From: Macrostomum lignano
Taxonomy: Eukaryota
NCBI GenBank assembly: GCA_002269645.1
Contig: NIVC01003100.1
Coordinates: 34,821 to 92,225, forward strand
Reading direction: 5' to 3'
Length of the DNA: 57,405 bases
Shown: positions 37,576 through 50,925 of the stretch, piece by piece
Layout of the letters: every line of letters starts with the position of its first letter
Position numbering within the stretch: the first letter of the stretch is position 1
The notes under the pieces: generated by a model
The model's input: the letters and a program-made list of their open reading frames with translations, nothing else
Databases searched by the model: none
What the model was told of the DNA's origin: nothing
Program-made: the position numbers and the translations under genes

Positions 37576-40500
37576 GGTATTTCCCCATATCCTTAGTTTT
37601 ACTCTAATCTTGAACCTCTCTTACTCTAACTCTTAATCTTGAAGCGCGGATTTGAATTCCGACCAACTTTCGTTGGTTGATAAACATGTACGCTTATAGC
37701 TAACATTTTAATGGTCTCCCTTTGTTAAATAAATGAATGCTACATTGTCTGTTGACCCTTACTTCGCCAGATCTACCGCAAATACCGCAAGTGCGACACC
37801 GGCCTCAGGCTGAACTTCTCCAAGGAGGCCGGGCGCCGCATGCTGGCCAAGTATCCGCACCAGTTCGCGCCCTACACCGGCGTCATGGGCTGCGGCCCGG
37901 ACCTCGGAGCCGAGCCCTACCCCGGGACGCTCATCCGACTGCCGCTGCGGACTCAGGAGCAGGCCGGCGAGTCGCAGATCTGCCAACGGGCCTACAGCGA
38001 GCAGGAGATGCGCGACCTGCTTGACAAGACGGCTCAGCAAGCCCGCCACTTGCTGCTGTTCACCCAGTCCGTGTCCAGCTTCCGGCTGCTGCATCTGCGC
38101 GACGGCTCGAACGGCTCGTTGCAGACCGACACGCTGCTCAAAGTGAGTCGCAGCCTGATTAAGTGCATTCGGACGCTGCCGGGCGCAAGCGGATCTGCAG
38201 ATATGCGCTCCCAGACGCGTGTGCTGGCCGCCGCGGCCGAATATCTGGCGGGTGACAACGGCGGCGCTGGCGATGGAAGTTTCGCCGGGCAGCTGAAGCT
38301 GCACATCGACGTGCAGGTGAACGAGACGGAAGCGAAGCGGGTTGGCATCGACACGAACGTCGCTAAGACCACCTCGGACAACTGGCTGCTGAGCGTAGCT
38401 CTGGGCTCGGGCGAGTCGCTGAAAATGTCACGCCAACGCGAGGGGCTCAGCCTCCCCGTCGCGAGTGTCGCCGTTCGCCTGTCGGCTGGCGGCACCGCGG
38501 TTGAGCCGGTGGATCGCGGCGTCGCTTTCTGCTTTCTGCCGTTGCCCATCGAGTCGCCGCTGCTGTTCCACGTAAACGCCGCCTTCGCAGTCACCTCCAG
38601 CCGACGCTACCTGGAGGAGGCCACCATGGACGAAGCCGAGGGCCGCTGGCACCCAGGTCGCTGGAACGCCGCTCTGCTACGCGAAGCCGCCTGCGCCGCG
38701 CTGGTATCTGCGCTCGAGCGACTCACTGCCGAAAGCATCATGGGCGCGCCTTCGATCTGGCCGCTGCTAGAGGCCAACAACGGTGTCTGGCATCCTCTGA
38801 TTGAGAGTTTCTACAAGACTGTCTTCACCGAAACTGATCGCGCTCCAAGCATCTTCTTCACCTCGGTGGGCTGGCGGCCGCTGGCTCAAGTTGTTTTTCT
38901 CGACGAATCGGCGCTGGGTGCCGCCGCATTGGGCTTTGAAGCCGCCAAAGTTGTGCGTCGTCTGGCCCGGTCACTGGCTCCGGCCGGCTCCGGCCTGGCT
39001 GAGGGCTTAGCGCCCGGTATTCAAGCCGCTGCTGTGCGCCTCAACTTGCTTGGACACAGACTCTGGTCCGGTGAAGTCTTTGTTGCCAATTTTCTGGAGC
39101 AACTTAACCGTCTATGAGATTCGTCTGATGAAGAGCGCCATTTGTGCTCCGAGTTTCTCAAATTTTTGCTTGAAAATCTGAGCAGGAAAAATGTAGCACC
39201 ACAGGACCCAACCGTTTGGCTCATGTCGGAGGGCATCAGGAGCATGCTTAAATCTAGCAGCTTCCTGCCTGACCAATCAAATCGGCTTTGCCGAGTAAGC
39301 GATCTGCTGGATCCGCACTGCGCTGCAGCCGATTTGTACTTTCCAACTGACTCTGTATTTCCTAGAACAGACTTTAAAGATAGTCTACATTCTGTCCTAA
39401 TTTCTCTTGGACTTCAGTGTAAAATTCCATTCGACTATGTCCTGGAACGAGTTAATACCGTGTCAGCACTGAGCCGAGGAAATCGCCTGGAGGACGCTTT
39501 GAAGAGGGCGCGATCTCTGATGAAGTATCTCGATCTGAACCAGACTGAATTTCAAGATCGCCTTTTCGAGCTGGCGAGCGTTAAATTTCTTCCAGCCAAG
39601 AGGAAGCCCAATGACTGCAGCCTGCACTGGCGCTCGGATGACTACCCCGTTACTCAGCTTTTCGCACCGGAAGTTCTATTCCAGTCTAAGCATGAGACAT
39701 TGGTTTCTCTCTGTCAGTTAGTTCTGGACGGCTCCGTACTTTCAGATACCAATTATTCGGCCCGAGAAGCGTTGACTGTGAGCATCGGGGTGCGAAGGGA
39801 AGTGTCTCGCGAAATGGCTTGGGAACAGCTGCGTCTGGCAACGCGAACATTTAATATCGATAGTCGTCCTGTTTGCCTGGCTGTGTATGAATATTTCTCT
39901 AAGCTGCTAAGCAAAAATCCTAAGCTTGCCGATGAGATAAAGCTTGAATTCGAAGGTCTCGGCTCACCAGCAATAGTGTACTCGGATACCGGCTACTTGA
40001 AACCACACCAGGTGTCTCTGAGTGTTAAAGATCGAGAATGTCCGCCCTACCTGTTTCGCCTGCCATCTGACCTTCGAGGGGGCAACTTTCATCATGAAAA
40101 GTATCTGCCGTTTCTTAAAGCGATTGGCGTTCTCGAAGAATTTGACTGCACCACCTACTGCAAAGTGCTAGAAGAAATTCATGAGGACAAAAATGGTTCC
40201 GCTCTGAAGGATAGTGAGAGAAAGAGTTGCATCGAGCTCCTGACGCGGCTGAGTGAGCTTAGCAAGCTGCCCGAGCCATCTGAAATTTTCGCTCCAGATC
40301 ATGAAGGCTTCTTAGTGCTATGCTCGCACCTTTGTTTTGGCAGCGTGAAGTGGCTCAGCAAAGTCGATAAGCTGCGCTTCGCTCACAAAGACTTGGCGTA
40401 CGGCGTTTGTGAGAAGTTGAGAATCCCTGATCAGAGATTTCAAACCCTGAGAAAACCGCTGGCCGCTGCCGTTCGGCCAAAAAGAAGAGCTCACTACTCG

Positions 40501-43500
40501 ACTCAAAGGAATTCTTCAAGGCTATCCTCTGGGCATCGAGATCTTCAAGGAGCTTGTTCAGAACGCAGATGATGCCGGTGCTACTAGGCTGCACTTCATC
40601 AACGATCGTCGCAATCTCGGAACAGAGAAGGTGCTGAGCGACGAGTGGAAGACGCTACAGGGACCGGCGCTCGTAGTTGTCAATGACACGACGTTCAATG
40701 ACGAAGACATCGAAGGAATTCAGAAGCTTGGTGTCGGCTCCAAAGGAAGCCAGCCCTGGAAAACGGGGCAGTACGGAATAGGGTTCAATTGTGTCTATCA
40801 CGTGACGGATGTACCGATGTTTCTCTCTGACAATCGGGTCCTGTGCGTGATGGACCCCCACTGCAGGCACATGCCGCATGCCAACACCGAAATTCCAGGC
40901 GGAATGTACAAAGATGAAGGACTTGACGAAGTGAGGGACGATTTTCGTGACGTTTTCGATGGATTTAAAATCAGCAATGAGACCACGACCGGCTCCACTG
41001 TCTTTAGACTGCCTCTAAGAACTTTGGAAACGGCGCGCCTGTCTGAGATTTTCCCGGCTTCAAAACCTTTGAATTCTGATGAAATCGACAACCTATTTAA
41101 AGAGTTTGCTGAAGATTTGACGGAAATCTTACTGTTTTTGAGCAGCGTCAGGACTATTCAACTCTCTCAACTGGAAGCTGATGGCAAGCTGACTAAAGTC
41201 TTTGAAACAAGCTCGACTATATCGGACCCATCGGCCTGCATTCGATTCAGAGGCGAGTGTCAGAGAATTGGCAGGCAGCTGATTCAGAAAGATTTCGATC
41301 CGAAACTCCTGCATTCGTGCACGCAGGAAGTGTATGAGGCTACTATATCTTCCCAAAACAGCTTTTCACCAGAAAGCTTAGTTTCCATCAGCAGTAAGTG
41401 GATTGTAGCCCAGCAACTCGGGTTGCCAGCTGACTCAGCGAGGGTCATTCCCAGCAAAGACCAGAGCATGCTTGGCTATGCTGTTTCCAATGGCGAGTGG
41501 AAGGCACTTCCGAAAGTAGGAGTGGCAGCGCGGCTTGATCAGAGCCAAAAGTCACAGCAAAAACACCGCGTGTTCAACCTGCTGCCGCTTCCCCTGACAA
41601 CAGATCTGCCTGTTCACATCAACGGCCACTTTGCCCTTGACCCGTCTCGCCGCAGCCTGTGGGAGGCTCATTCTAGCGATGCCTCTGCCGAATGGAACAA
41701 TCTGCTAGTGAGCACTGCTCTTCCTGTGTGCTACGCAACTCTTCTTGAGGCGGCGACGCAGTTTCTGCCACTGGGACAACAAGTCAAAAGTGATGAGAAT
41801 TCATCTGGCTTTGAACATTATTACAGTTTGTTTCCAAAGGCAAAGGATGAGAAACCCGACAAGTCCCACTGGAACACAGTGGCGATTGAATTCTACCAAG
41901 ATTTGTTTAAAAACCGGCGCAGAATTTTTCCAGTCGTTGAACTGACTAATCAGAGCAGCATGATTCGCTGGCTCCCTCTTGCTCAAAGCCCTCAGTCAGT
42001 AGATGGGGAGTCCGCCTTTCTACAAGAGAATTTGTCTAAAGATGTGTCGGAAGTTCTGCAGCGTCTGGGCCTTCCTCTCATCGTCAAAGGGCGTCGTTTT
42101 ACTGACTGCATGAAAAACAGCCGGCTGAGCCATGTTCCCAATGCGAACCCGGAGAATATAATCAACTACTTGAAGGGAGTCCGCTGCTCGGCGTTGCGCG
42201 ACTCTCTTCAAAGGCAGGTCGAGCTGACTCCATTTGCCGGAGTACCCGCAGTCGAGACTTTGATGCACTACTTGCTCACCAATCTGTCTCTTGAGGATCA
42301 AACCGACACTAAAGACTCTGAAAGTGGTTCTGTTGAGATTCGGCGTATGGCCTCGCTAATCAGCACACCATTGAATCTGACCGCTGATGGAATGCTTCGA
42401 ATTTTTGAAGCGGAGAATCCTTCATTTCTCACAGAATATGTGTCACTGATACCAGCCGAATCTATCGACTTGCTTTCGCAGTTCTGCCACAAAAAGATTC
42501 AAGAGGTTTTTAAGCCGCCCCTAGCACCGCTTTTCGTTGGATATTTTTCAAGCCCCAACCGCTGTCCCAGTGCTTACAAATCCGGGCTGTACCGCGAATT
42601 TAGCATTGCTGAATTCCGCCATTGTCTTGGCAACTTCTTGCCTGCCTGCTGCTTTCCTAACGGCCCGTTTACTCCGCTAGCTAGCATTGAGACTCAGCTG
42701 AGGGGCTTAAAATTTGCAGACTGGATTCGAGACGTCTGGAAATTCCTCTCAGAGGAGTACGATAGTAGTTACTCGCAGAAAAGACCAGAAATCAAAGATT
42801 TTCTGTCTCCTGTTTCCGACGCAGCCCTAGTGCCAGCCAGCTTTGACTGGGAGAAACACATTTCGAGCTGCAATTGCCTGTTTAAAGTATCCCATGCGGC
42901 TTCAGTGTACAAAAAGTCTACACGTAGACCGCAAGATTTGGAAAAGGAAATCTAAGAGGCACTTTGTCAGCTAAAGGGTCCACTTTTAACAGTCAATGAC
43001 AGTAAATTGATCAAACTAGTAGGGAAATTGGAGGAGCCCAACTCAATGCTTACTGTGCTACGCTACGCACTTAACGAAAATCCTCACAAACCGCGCCATC
43101 TGCCTTCTGCTGACATGGCGAACAGCTTCGCCTGCTTTGTTCAGCAACATCAAGGCGCAATGGAGCAGGTGATTGGCCGCAGAGACTTGATCAGTGAGCT
43201 GCAGCGTCTACCGATTTTTGTAACTCTCAGTGACGAGTGCGTTGCGCTGAAGAATTCAAGCCCCAGAATTCTACCTGCCGACCCAGTGTCTGAGGAGATG
43301 CACCTGTGGAGCCGAGCAGCCCAGTTCGTCTTCTTAAGAAAAAACTTTCAGCTCGATAAATTGCATAGCCTAATGGGATGCAACGAACTAAGTGAATTTG
43401 CAGCCTATGTTGAATTTATCCTACCGGTTTTCGACAATTTTTCAAACCATACAAAGCAAGCTCATCTGCAAAAACTGAAGTCACTCGCTTGGGATTTTCA

Positions 43501-46500
43501 GGGATTGAGTTATTGCAATCCTAGTGAAAGTCGCTTGTTTCAAGATGCGCTGAAAAACGCCAGAATTGTTCCGTTTCAGCAGTCCTGGTGCAGAGCCAGC
43601 AACTTTTTCGACCATCGCGTGAATATTTTTAGAGAATTCTGTCCGTCAGAGGAATTCCTTCCACGCCAATTTCAGAAAGATGACATGCTCACACTGATGG
43701 AGCTGGCAGGACTGGTAACTGAGTGCTCACCCGATATGGTGCTGCGGTTTGCTAACGATACCGCCAATCTGCCACTCGACTTGGCTCGAAACAAATCGGA
43801 GACTCTACTGAAGTTTGTAGCTAGTCAAAGCTTCGATCAGCAGCATCGCACAGAAGCATTCTTGTCTCAACTTGCCAGAGTATCAATCATTGTGCCGGAT
43901 GTGAAGCCTGAGCTGCAACAGCTGTGCGACAAGGGCTATGTACAGTTTTCTTCCCTTGAAAATTGTGTAATCGCGAAGAACGTGTACATCTGTTGGACAG
44001 TGCTTCCTGTGGCTCCTGCTTTTATCCAAGAACTTGGTTGCTTTAGAAAGTACCTGCAGGAGAAGCCCCAGATAAACAAGTTTTTCTCGCATTTGAAGAA
44101 CCTAATCGGATCCCGTCAGTTCTGCAACGCTGATCTGGCGGACAGTTTAAAGCAAGTCAGAGGCAAGGTGATGCACAAAGTTTACTCATTCATGAGTTCA
44201 CTCGATCAGGCAGCTTCAAAGCACTACCTGAATGCTCTAAGAGATTCACCGTGCATTCTCGTCGACAACTATTCGAGATTTGCTCAGCCATGCCAAGTCA
44301 CTCTGACTGAAAGGGATGAGATCCCACCGTTTCTCTTTGCCTGCCCTCCTGACTTCTTGCAGTACAGCGAGCTTTTTCTAAAACTCGGAGTAACACGGCA
44401 GCCGAGCATTGAGCAGGCTGCGATGGTGCTGCAGCTAATCAAGAGCGCTGCCAAGGATGATTTATTGCCAGTGGCCCTGTTGGAACCGACAGCAAAATGC
44501 ATTTGCCTGTTGCTATCGCTTCTCGATCAGCAGGGTGCTTTTCCAACCGGCATTCGCCTGTGCCTGCCAACATCAGTCAGTACGGAGGAGCAGACCAACA
44601 AGAGCTACAAGTTGGTCGAGGCTAGCCAGGTGGTGATCAATGACGCAGTTGCATATTTTGAACGTTTGGGAGGTGCAACGCTGTCCGGAATTCAGTTCCT
44701 GGATCTGGAATTCTGCGGAATCAGCGCAGATCAGCAGCGAACTCTCGAGCGCCGCCTGAACAAAGATCTCCGTGTTCCAAGACTGTCGGAATTCGTCAAA
44801 GAACAACTGGTGCCCGATGAGTGTCCTGAGTGCTCCGCTGGCGAGGCCGGTTGCCAGGTGTGTGCTGAATTTTCGAAGAAGCTTAGCAGCTCACATTTTC
44901 GCAGCGGACTCGCAAGCGTTATCGTTTCCGATTCAATGGACGCAAACATTAAGAGCACATTCCAATCGGTCAATGGAATATTTGAAAACTTTCGCATCGC
45001 TTGCAAGCAGAAATTGGTTACTGTGCTGGTTATGAATGGCACAGAGATCGACGCATCCAAGAGGCGAAGGAAGTTTTTGCTAAAAAACGGCGCGATCTAC
45101 ATGAACCATCTCGACCGCCCGCCAGAGGGCGATGATCGGAACTTTTGGCTCAAGGAACTGATGGGAGCTGTGCACGGTCTGTTGGAGCCAAGCTTCAGCC
45201 TCACCTCACAACAAACATCGAGACTGCAGTTCATGATGATGCTTGGAGATTTCAGAAATATTCCCCAGATGCTGCAAGAGGAAAACATTCGCCTTTATGG
45301 CCTGAGCGATGACTTGAAGGACATGTGGCATGGAGTTGAGCTGGGAAGTTCGGTAAGTCCGATGGACGCATTGAAACTCGAGCCGTTAGGCTTGACGCAC
45401 CTGCAGCCAGACGACGTGGTAGCGTTTTCGGATCCCGAGGCCGGAGGGTCGCTGATCTACGCCCGAATCGTCGAGTCACATGGCTCAGTCGATCCCAAGA
45501 GCGACGAAGGCGAGTTTGACAGCGGCGAGTGGAGCCTCGAGTTCACCATCGACTGCGGTCGTCAGCGCGGCCGAAAAGTGCGGGCGCCGGCGGCACTGCT
45601 GCAAGCTTTTGCAAAGATCGAGAATGAATTGGAGTTGCATGAGAACAATAGCGACTGGGAACGCAGGATGGAGCAGCAGATTCACAAAGCGGCTCGCTTA
45701 TCCGATAATTTCGAACGGAAAGCCGCCACCCGGCGAATTCTCGACGCCTGCGATTCAAACCGCTTCGACGAGGAGCAGCAGCCGGATCCCGAGGCGATTC
45801 GGCGGGTGCAGAGTCTCACTCAAGAGCAGCTGGGGGGCAGTCTGTCTAACGGCGACTGGGAGATGATGAGCAGAAATGCTGCCAGGGCTGCTCGAAGGTA
45901 TCGATCGGCGCGAGCTGAAAGTCGCATGAATGGCGACTTCGGCTTCGGTGACGGCGGCGGCGGCGGCGGTGGTGGTGGCGCCTTTTGCGGGGCCTTCAAC
46001 AGCGCCAGGACGGGTGGCGGAGGTGGCGGCGGTTTTGGCGGACCTGGGTGCATTCCTCCGTCGCCGGGTGAGGCGCAGCGCTATCTACAGACGGCCCAAG
46101 GTGACACGGAGGCGGCCGTGGCCACGACGACTGCAGCGGCCGCTGAACGAGCCTGCTGGGCCTGCTACCAGAGCTGGCAGGCCGCCGAGAAGGCAATGAA
46201 AGCCGTCGTGCTTGCCGAGAATCGACCGGCTGAGCGAAGTCACAGCCTAGTCAGCCACCTGCTTCTCGTTGGCGATGAGCAGCTGCGAGACCAGCTGGAA
46301 CCGCTGGTGCACGACCTGCTTGCTGTACTTCACCGGGACCCGCGCTATCCGCGCGGTGGCGCCACGCCTTACGACGTGTTCCGCGCCGAGCACGCGCGAC
46401 AGGCCAGCGAGGCGGCGGCCGGCATTGTGCGACTGGTGGAGGCGGCCGTCAGCGATGCCACCGATTGAAGACCTGGCGATGATTGCAGCTGATTGGGTCT

Positions 46501-48002
46501 GTTATTTTTCATTGATGCCAAGACGCCAAGAGTAAGCTGAGCATGAGTTGAGTTTCTTTTATGCAGAGGCGGGCAAGCTGGAGCTGTTGAATTTAGCAGA
46601 AGATTCGAGGCAATTACACTTTTAATCTCAGCTTTTAATATCAGCTTATCAATTTAGACCAGATTAAAGTTTACCAGATACGAGCGTCTAGAATTGTAGA
46701 CCGAGAAACCCCTGAAAGACGTTTGCCTGCCTGAAATAATCCAGTCACAACTAAACGGACTGGTAAACCTAGAAATTGCATGCTCTTAATTATCTGCGAG
46801 GTTGAGAGAAAATTGGGCCGAAGCCAATTGCCTAACATCTTATAGAACGATTCCAAAATAAGCCACGTGTCAGTGATGTTGACCCGCTCATCAAATTCAA
46901 AGTGTCTTTTGGAAGAAAAAGATCCCCTCTCCTTCCCTCCATCATTTCTCCTATCCCGGAGCCTCTTCTGTCTTCTCTTTCATCTCTCCCCTCTCCTCCG
47001 TCCCCTCTTTCCCCTTTCCTCTCTCTCTTACACTCTCTCCCCTCTCCCCTCTACTCTCTCCACGTTCTCCCCTTTCTCCGCTCTCCTCTCCGCTCTCCTC
47101 TCCGCTTATCTTCTATCTTTTCTCTTATCTCATCCCATCTCTCATCTCTCATTTCTCATCTTCCATTCCCTCTCATTTCCACTCTTATCAGACCCGGAGT
47201 CATAAATTGGATTCTTTATCTGCCCTTGAGGTAAAAAAGTTTGCCGAGCCCAGTTCGATCTAGAGACTCCGGGAACGCCATCGCACGACCTACCGGTATC
47301 ACTATCACCCCCTCTACACTATTATTCTCATGGACAGCTTCTCTCAGAACTGAAAAGTTTCTCTATTTGTTGATTTTATTTACCAAGCTAAAGTGTTATC
47401 AATTATCAACATGGTAGAAGTATCAAGTTCTCATATTTGATAAATATTATTACATTTGCTTAGTTTTTGCCAGAATAGGACCACACGAAACTCAAGGACA
47501 TGGTTGAACATATTTGTTGCAAACCTTCTGAAACGAGATTTAAGATGCGCTCGTACTTAATAGTATAATGAATTTTCTTCCTTTACTTAGACTTAGGCAG
47601 ACTTATTTAATATTTTACTTAAAAGCTACATAATAATCTTATCTCCTTACTTATAAATTTATTCCGTAAGATTACTCTCCCAATTCTGTAGGTGTTTGCG
47701 GTGTCTTTAAATTCTTTTCCGTCTTTTATTCTCAAAAATACACCTTTCGACGTAAACTAATTTAAACTTTGTTTTGCCTTTGTCCTTACTATTAATAATT
47801 TTCGTTTGAATGTGACTTAAGATTTAGGAATTTATGCAAAAATATTGGAAGTTCCTGGGATTATATTACCGCCGGTTTTAACAGCTAGTAAATTGTTTTG
47901 CAACGCACAAGCTGCCAATTTGTTGCTTTTCGTGGTTCAACTGCAGTCGGATGGACCGATAAGAAAGTTCTTTTCGACTTGATAAAAAATTGGGGTCTAC
48001 GA

Positions 48003-48567
48003 CAGTGGTGTGATTCAGGCGCGAATTCGCGCCAGGCGCGAATGCGCGAATCCTGGGGGTCTGGCGCGAAATTTTGTGGAACCATGGGCGCGAAAATTGC
48101 ATTCTTATTTTCTGCTTTTTACACTTATTCTCTTGTCAGACAGTATGAAATACAAGAATGTCATAGCTTAGGAGATTAATCTCGAGAATTTCGAGATTCG
48201 TGGAGAATTTCGTGGTCGCAAAGAAGCAAAGTGACAATGAAGATGTGGCTGCTACGTCTGCAAGGGCGGCAGAGATCAGATGTGTGTGTTGTCAGGATTG
48301 CACTGAAGAATCGCAGCTTCGAGTCAGAAGAGGACCTTGCGAGGATCTGATGGCCATTTGCCCAGATTCAAAGATTCTACCCAACATCGCCAACAAGAAG
48401 TTCAGGCGGGACACGGCTGGGACTTGAGAGACATGCTAATTGGTAGCCAGACGCATCCTCAAAAGTGTCATCAATTGACTTATTTGGCTGTCAGTAGAAT
48501 ATCATTGGCATGGCGCGAAAATTTTCAGTCGGCGCGAAATTTGGCAAACTTTCCAATCACACCACTG
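48003..48567. mobile_element. Non-autonomous hAT-like element, 565 bp
   Basis: Perfect 13-bp TIRs CAGTGGTGTGATT, perfect 8-bp TSD GTCTACGA (47995-48002, 48568-48575), subterminal ggcgcgaa repeats. The paralogous site after copy 1 (~12820) is empty. Confidence 0.88.
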
Positions 48568-48574
48568 GTCTACG

Positions 48575-48715
48575 ACAATTGACTGCCACAATTTGACCAC
48601 CATAATTTGACTGCGGTCAATTTGACTGCCATAATTTGACTGCGGCAATTTGACTGCCGACATACATGACTGCGGCAATTTGACTGCCGACAATATGACT
48701 GCGGCGATTTGACTG
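48575..48715. repeat. 15-bp minisatellite (aatttgactgc..), homologous to 12830-13010
   Basis: Direct reading. Confidence 0.85.
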
Positions 48716-48978
48716 GCTCAAGTGCTGCATGTACATCCTTTTTATATATGAATTGATCGTATTTATGCAGGACTAACAATTCGCTCTTTACGAGTGAAGA
48801 TGCAAGCTATGAATACATTTGCCTTGAAGAATACATGCATGTATATGTTATGACGAATGTCACATCTATACGTAGCTGCGTTCTGTTGAGCCGAGTGCTC
48901 TTTATAAAGCTAGCTTAGCATTAAATTTAGCTTTGACTTTTAGTCTATTAGGCTATTAATAGATTTTATAGTACGAGT

Positions 48979-49670
48979 CAAGGACGACTCAAGTAGAAGG
49001 ACGGGAAACCTTAGAAAATTTTAGAAGGCCGGTTTTCCCGAAAAATTACACTAGCTACGGAGATAGAAAGTTTTCATTTCTTCAGCACAAAAATTGTTAT
49101 TGCTTTTGATAGGAGGCAGATCCAGTGTTCATCTTTTGATATGTTGTGCCTTTCTTATTGCTCTATCGATGTTCATAAAGCTTTTCGTTCAAAGAAGTAG
49201 GATTCTATGTTAATTTTTTATTCTACGTACATTTCCTGTACCTAAAAATAATAAAAATGCATTGCACAGCTCGAAATCTTTGGTTTTATGAATCCATTTT
49301 ATCATTTGTGCTACGCATATTTGTTACAGTCAGCTAAGAATGATAAAATAGACTCATAAAACCAATGAGCCGAGCCGTGCTATTCTAATGGTTTTTAGGC
49401 ACAAGACATGCGCAAATGTACGTAGAATAAAAAATTAGCATAGAATCCTAATCTTTAAACGGAGAGCTTTACGAATATCAATAGAGCAGTAAGAAAGGCA
49501 CAACATATCAAAAGATGAACACTGGATCTGCCTGCTATCAAAAGCAATAGCAATTTTTGTGCTGAAAAAATGAAAACTTCCTATCTCCGTAGTGTATCTT
49601 TCGGAAAAACCTGCCTTCACAAATTTTCCAAGAAACGAGGTTTCCCGTCCTTCTACTTGAGTCGTCCTTG
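48979..49670. mobile_element. Foldback (near whole-length palindromic) non-autonomous DNA transposon, 692 bp, hAT- or P-type ends
   Basis: Perfect 32-bp terminal inverted repeat CAAGGACGACTCAAGTAGAAGGACGGGAAACC, with imperfect complementarity continuing almost to the centre. 8-bp TSD gtacgagt / gtacgagc. The paralogous site after copy 1 (~13280) is empty. Confidence 0.88.
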
Positions 49671-49899
49671 GTACGAGCCTGTGAAATTTCTTTTAAATCT
49701 GGAAGATTCAGTAAGATTAAAATATATGAGATTAATATGACATAGGAGAAAGAAGGAACCTTGAAATATGGAAATCTTGTGCATGGCGATTTAAAAAGTC
49801 AGCAAGCAATTTTTATAGGAGAGTAACAAAACATGCTAAAATTGCAGAAATAAGCGTTTATTAGTAAGTTCCGTTCAACTTTGTCTCCTTCGCTCCTTT

Positions 49900-50925
49900 C
49901 TGATTGGCTGTTCGATCTCGCCTCATTCGATCCTTAGTCGCGCATTCCACCCCTCCTTTTCTTACTTGCAATTAACCCCTTCTGTCTGTCTGCTTTGTTT
50001 TCAACTCTAATTTAATACAAAGTACATGTAGATGTAGTTCACTTTTTTACAGAAACATCGATCCGTTTTCAACCCCTGATGTTTTCTCTGGTCTGCCCCT
50101 GTTTTCGGCCTCGGCTCCTCCATTATTTTATTACCTCCGATTTGCTCATCCAACCCCCTTCGTTTAATATCGAACTGCGAGGGTCTGCGCCCTTCGCGTG
50201 TGCTTTTGCTCCCTGTTAAGTGGGATCTCTGCTTTTCTCAAAACTATACCGAAACTATACCTATAGCAGTACAGAGTCGGTCTGTACTCTGGTTGTCTCG
50301 TCGGGCGTGGCGTTCTGGTTCTTTGGGGTCTGGGCAGCGGCGCACTGTCAGATCCGCTGCGACTCGCATCGAATTGCTAAAGCTGAGCTTCATTTATCTG
50401 CTTCAATTGTCTTCTTTCACTCAGCCAGTCTCTTCGGCTATTACTCATCTGCTGCTACTTATTCATATATTCGCTGGTTTTGAGCTTGGAACTCCGCTAG
50501 CACTGAGTCTGTTGCTCCTTCCTTTTGTGCTCATGCTGTTGGCTACTTGCTTGTCGTCCAAATGTCGTCGGAAGTCAGAAAGCGAGCACCGATATGAGCA
50601 GCAGTCACTCCAGCTACATGTGCAGTGCTAAAGCCGAGAAGCTGTTGTCAAGTCTTTGGCTTAATGCGGAATCTGAAGAAGAGGCCTGTTCAGACTTGCT
50701 CAGGGAGAAGTTCAGCTCCTTGGAAAGTGCAGATGAACTCGTGCAGGAAGTGTTACGCTCGTAGAGGATAAGATAAAAGCTCAGCAGACGGAGAGCTGCA
50801 CTGTCACTGTAAATACGAGCGTACTGTCACACTGAGAGAACACTGCCTGCCGCTTTGCACTTCTTATGCTCTCGAAGGCCGACTTCACTTCTATGGAGGA
50901 CTTGCTTTTTAGTGCTGATATTCAT
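49900..50925. repeat. Dispersed unclassified repeat, second copy at ~55510-56640 (part also at ~53380-53660); possibly a decayed LINE 5' region on the minus strand
   Basis: Shared blocks: ccttagtcgcgcattcca, gcccttcgcgtgtgcttttgctccctgtta, gagcagcagtcactccagctacatgtgcagtgctaaagccgagaagctgttgtcaa, gaagaagaggcctgttcagacttgctc. No intact ORF. Confidence 0.6.

Larger units (their letters stand above)
34020..46468 (+). pseudogene. SACS-like: Sacsin-like gene copy 3, complete structure (exons 34020-34262, 36691-36921, 37771-46468; ~3,050 aa if repaired), disrupted
   Basis: ATG at 34020: [49 protein letters not shown]. Phase-0 GT-AG introns (CAG|gtgggt, cag|GGC, GAG|gtgag, cag|ATC). TGG-to-TGA at 39115, -2 frameshift near 40456, GAA-to-TAA at 42953. 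Open from 42956 to the stop at 46468. Confidence 0.93.
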
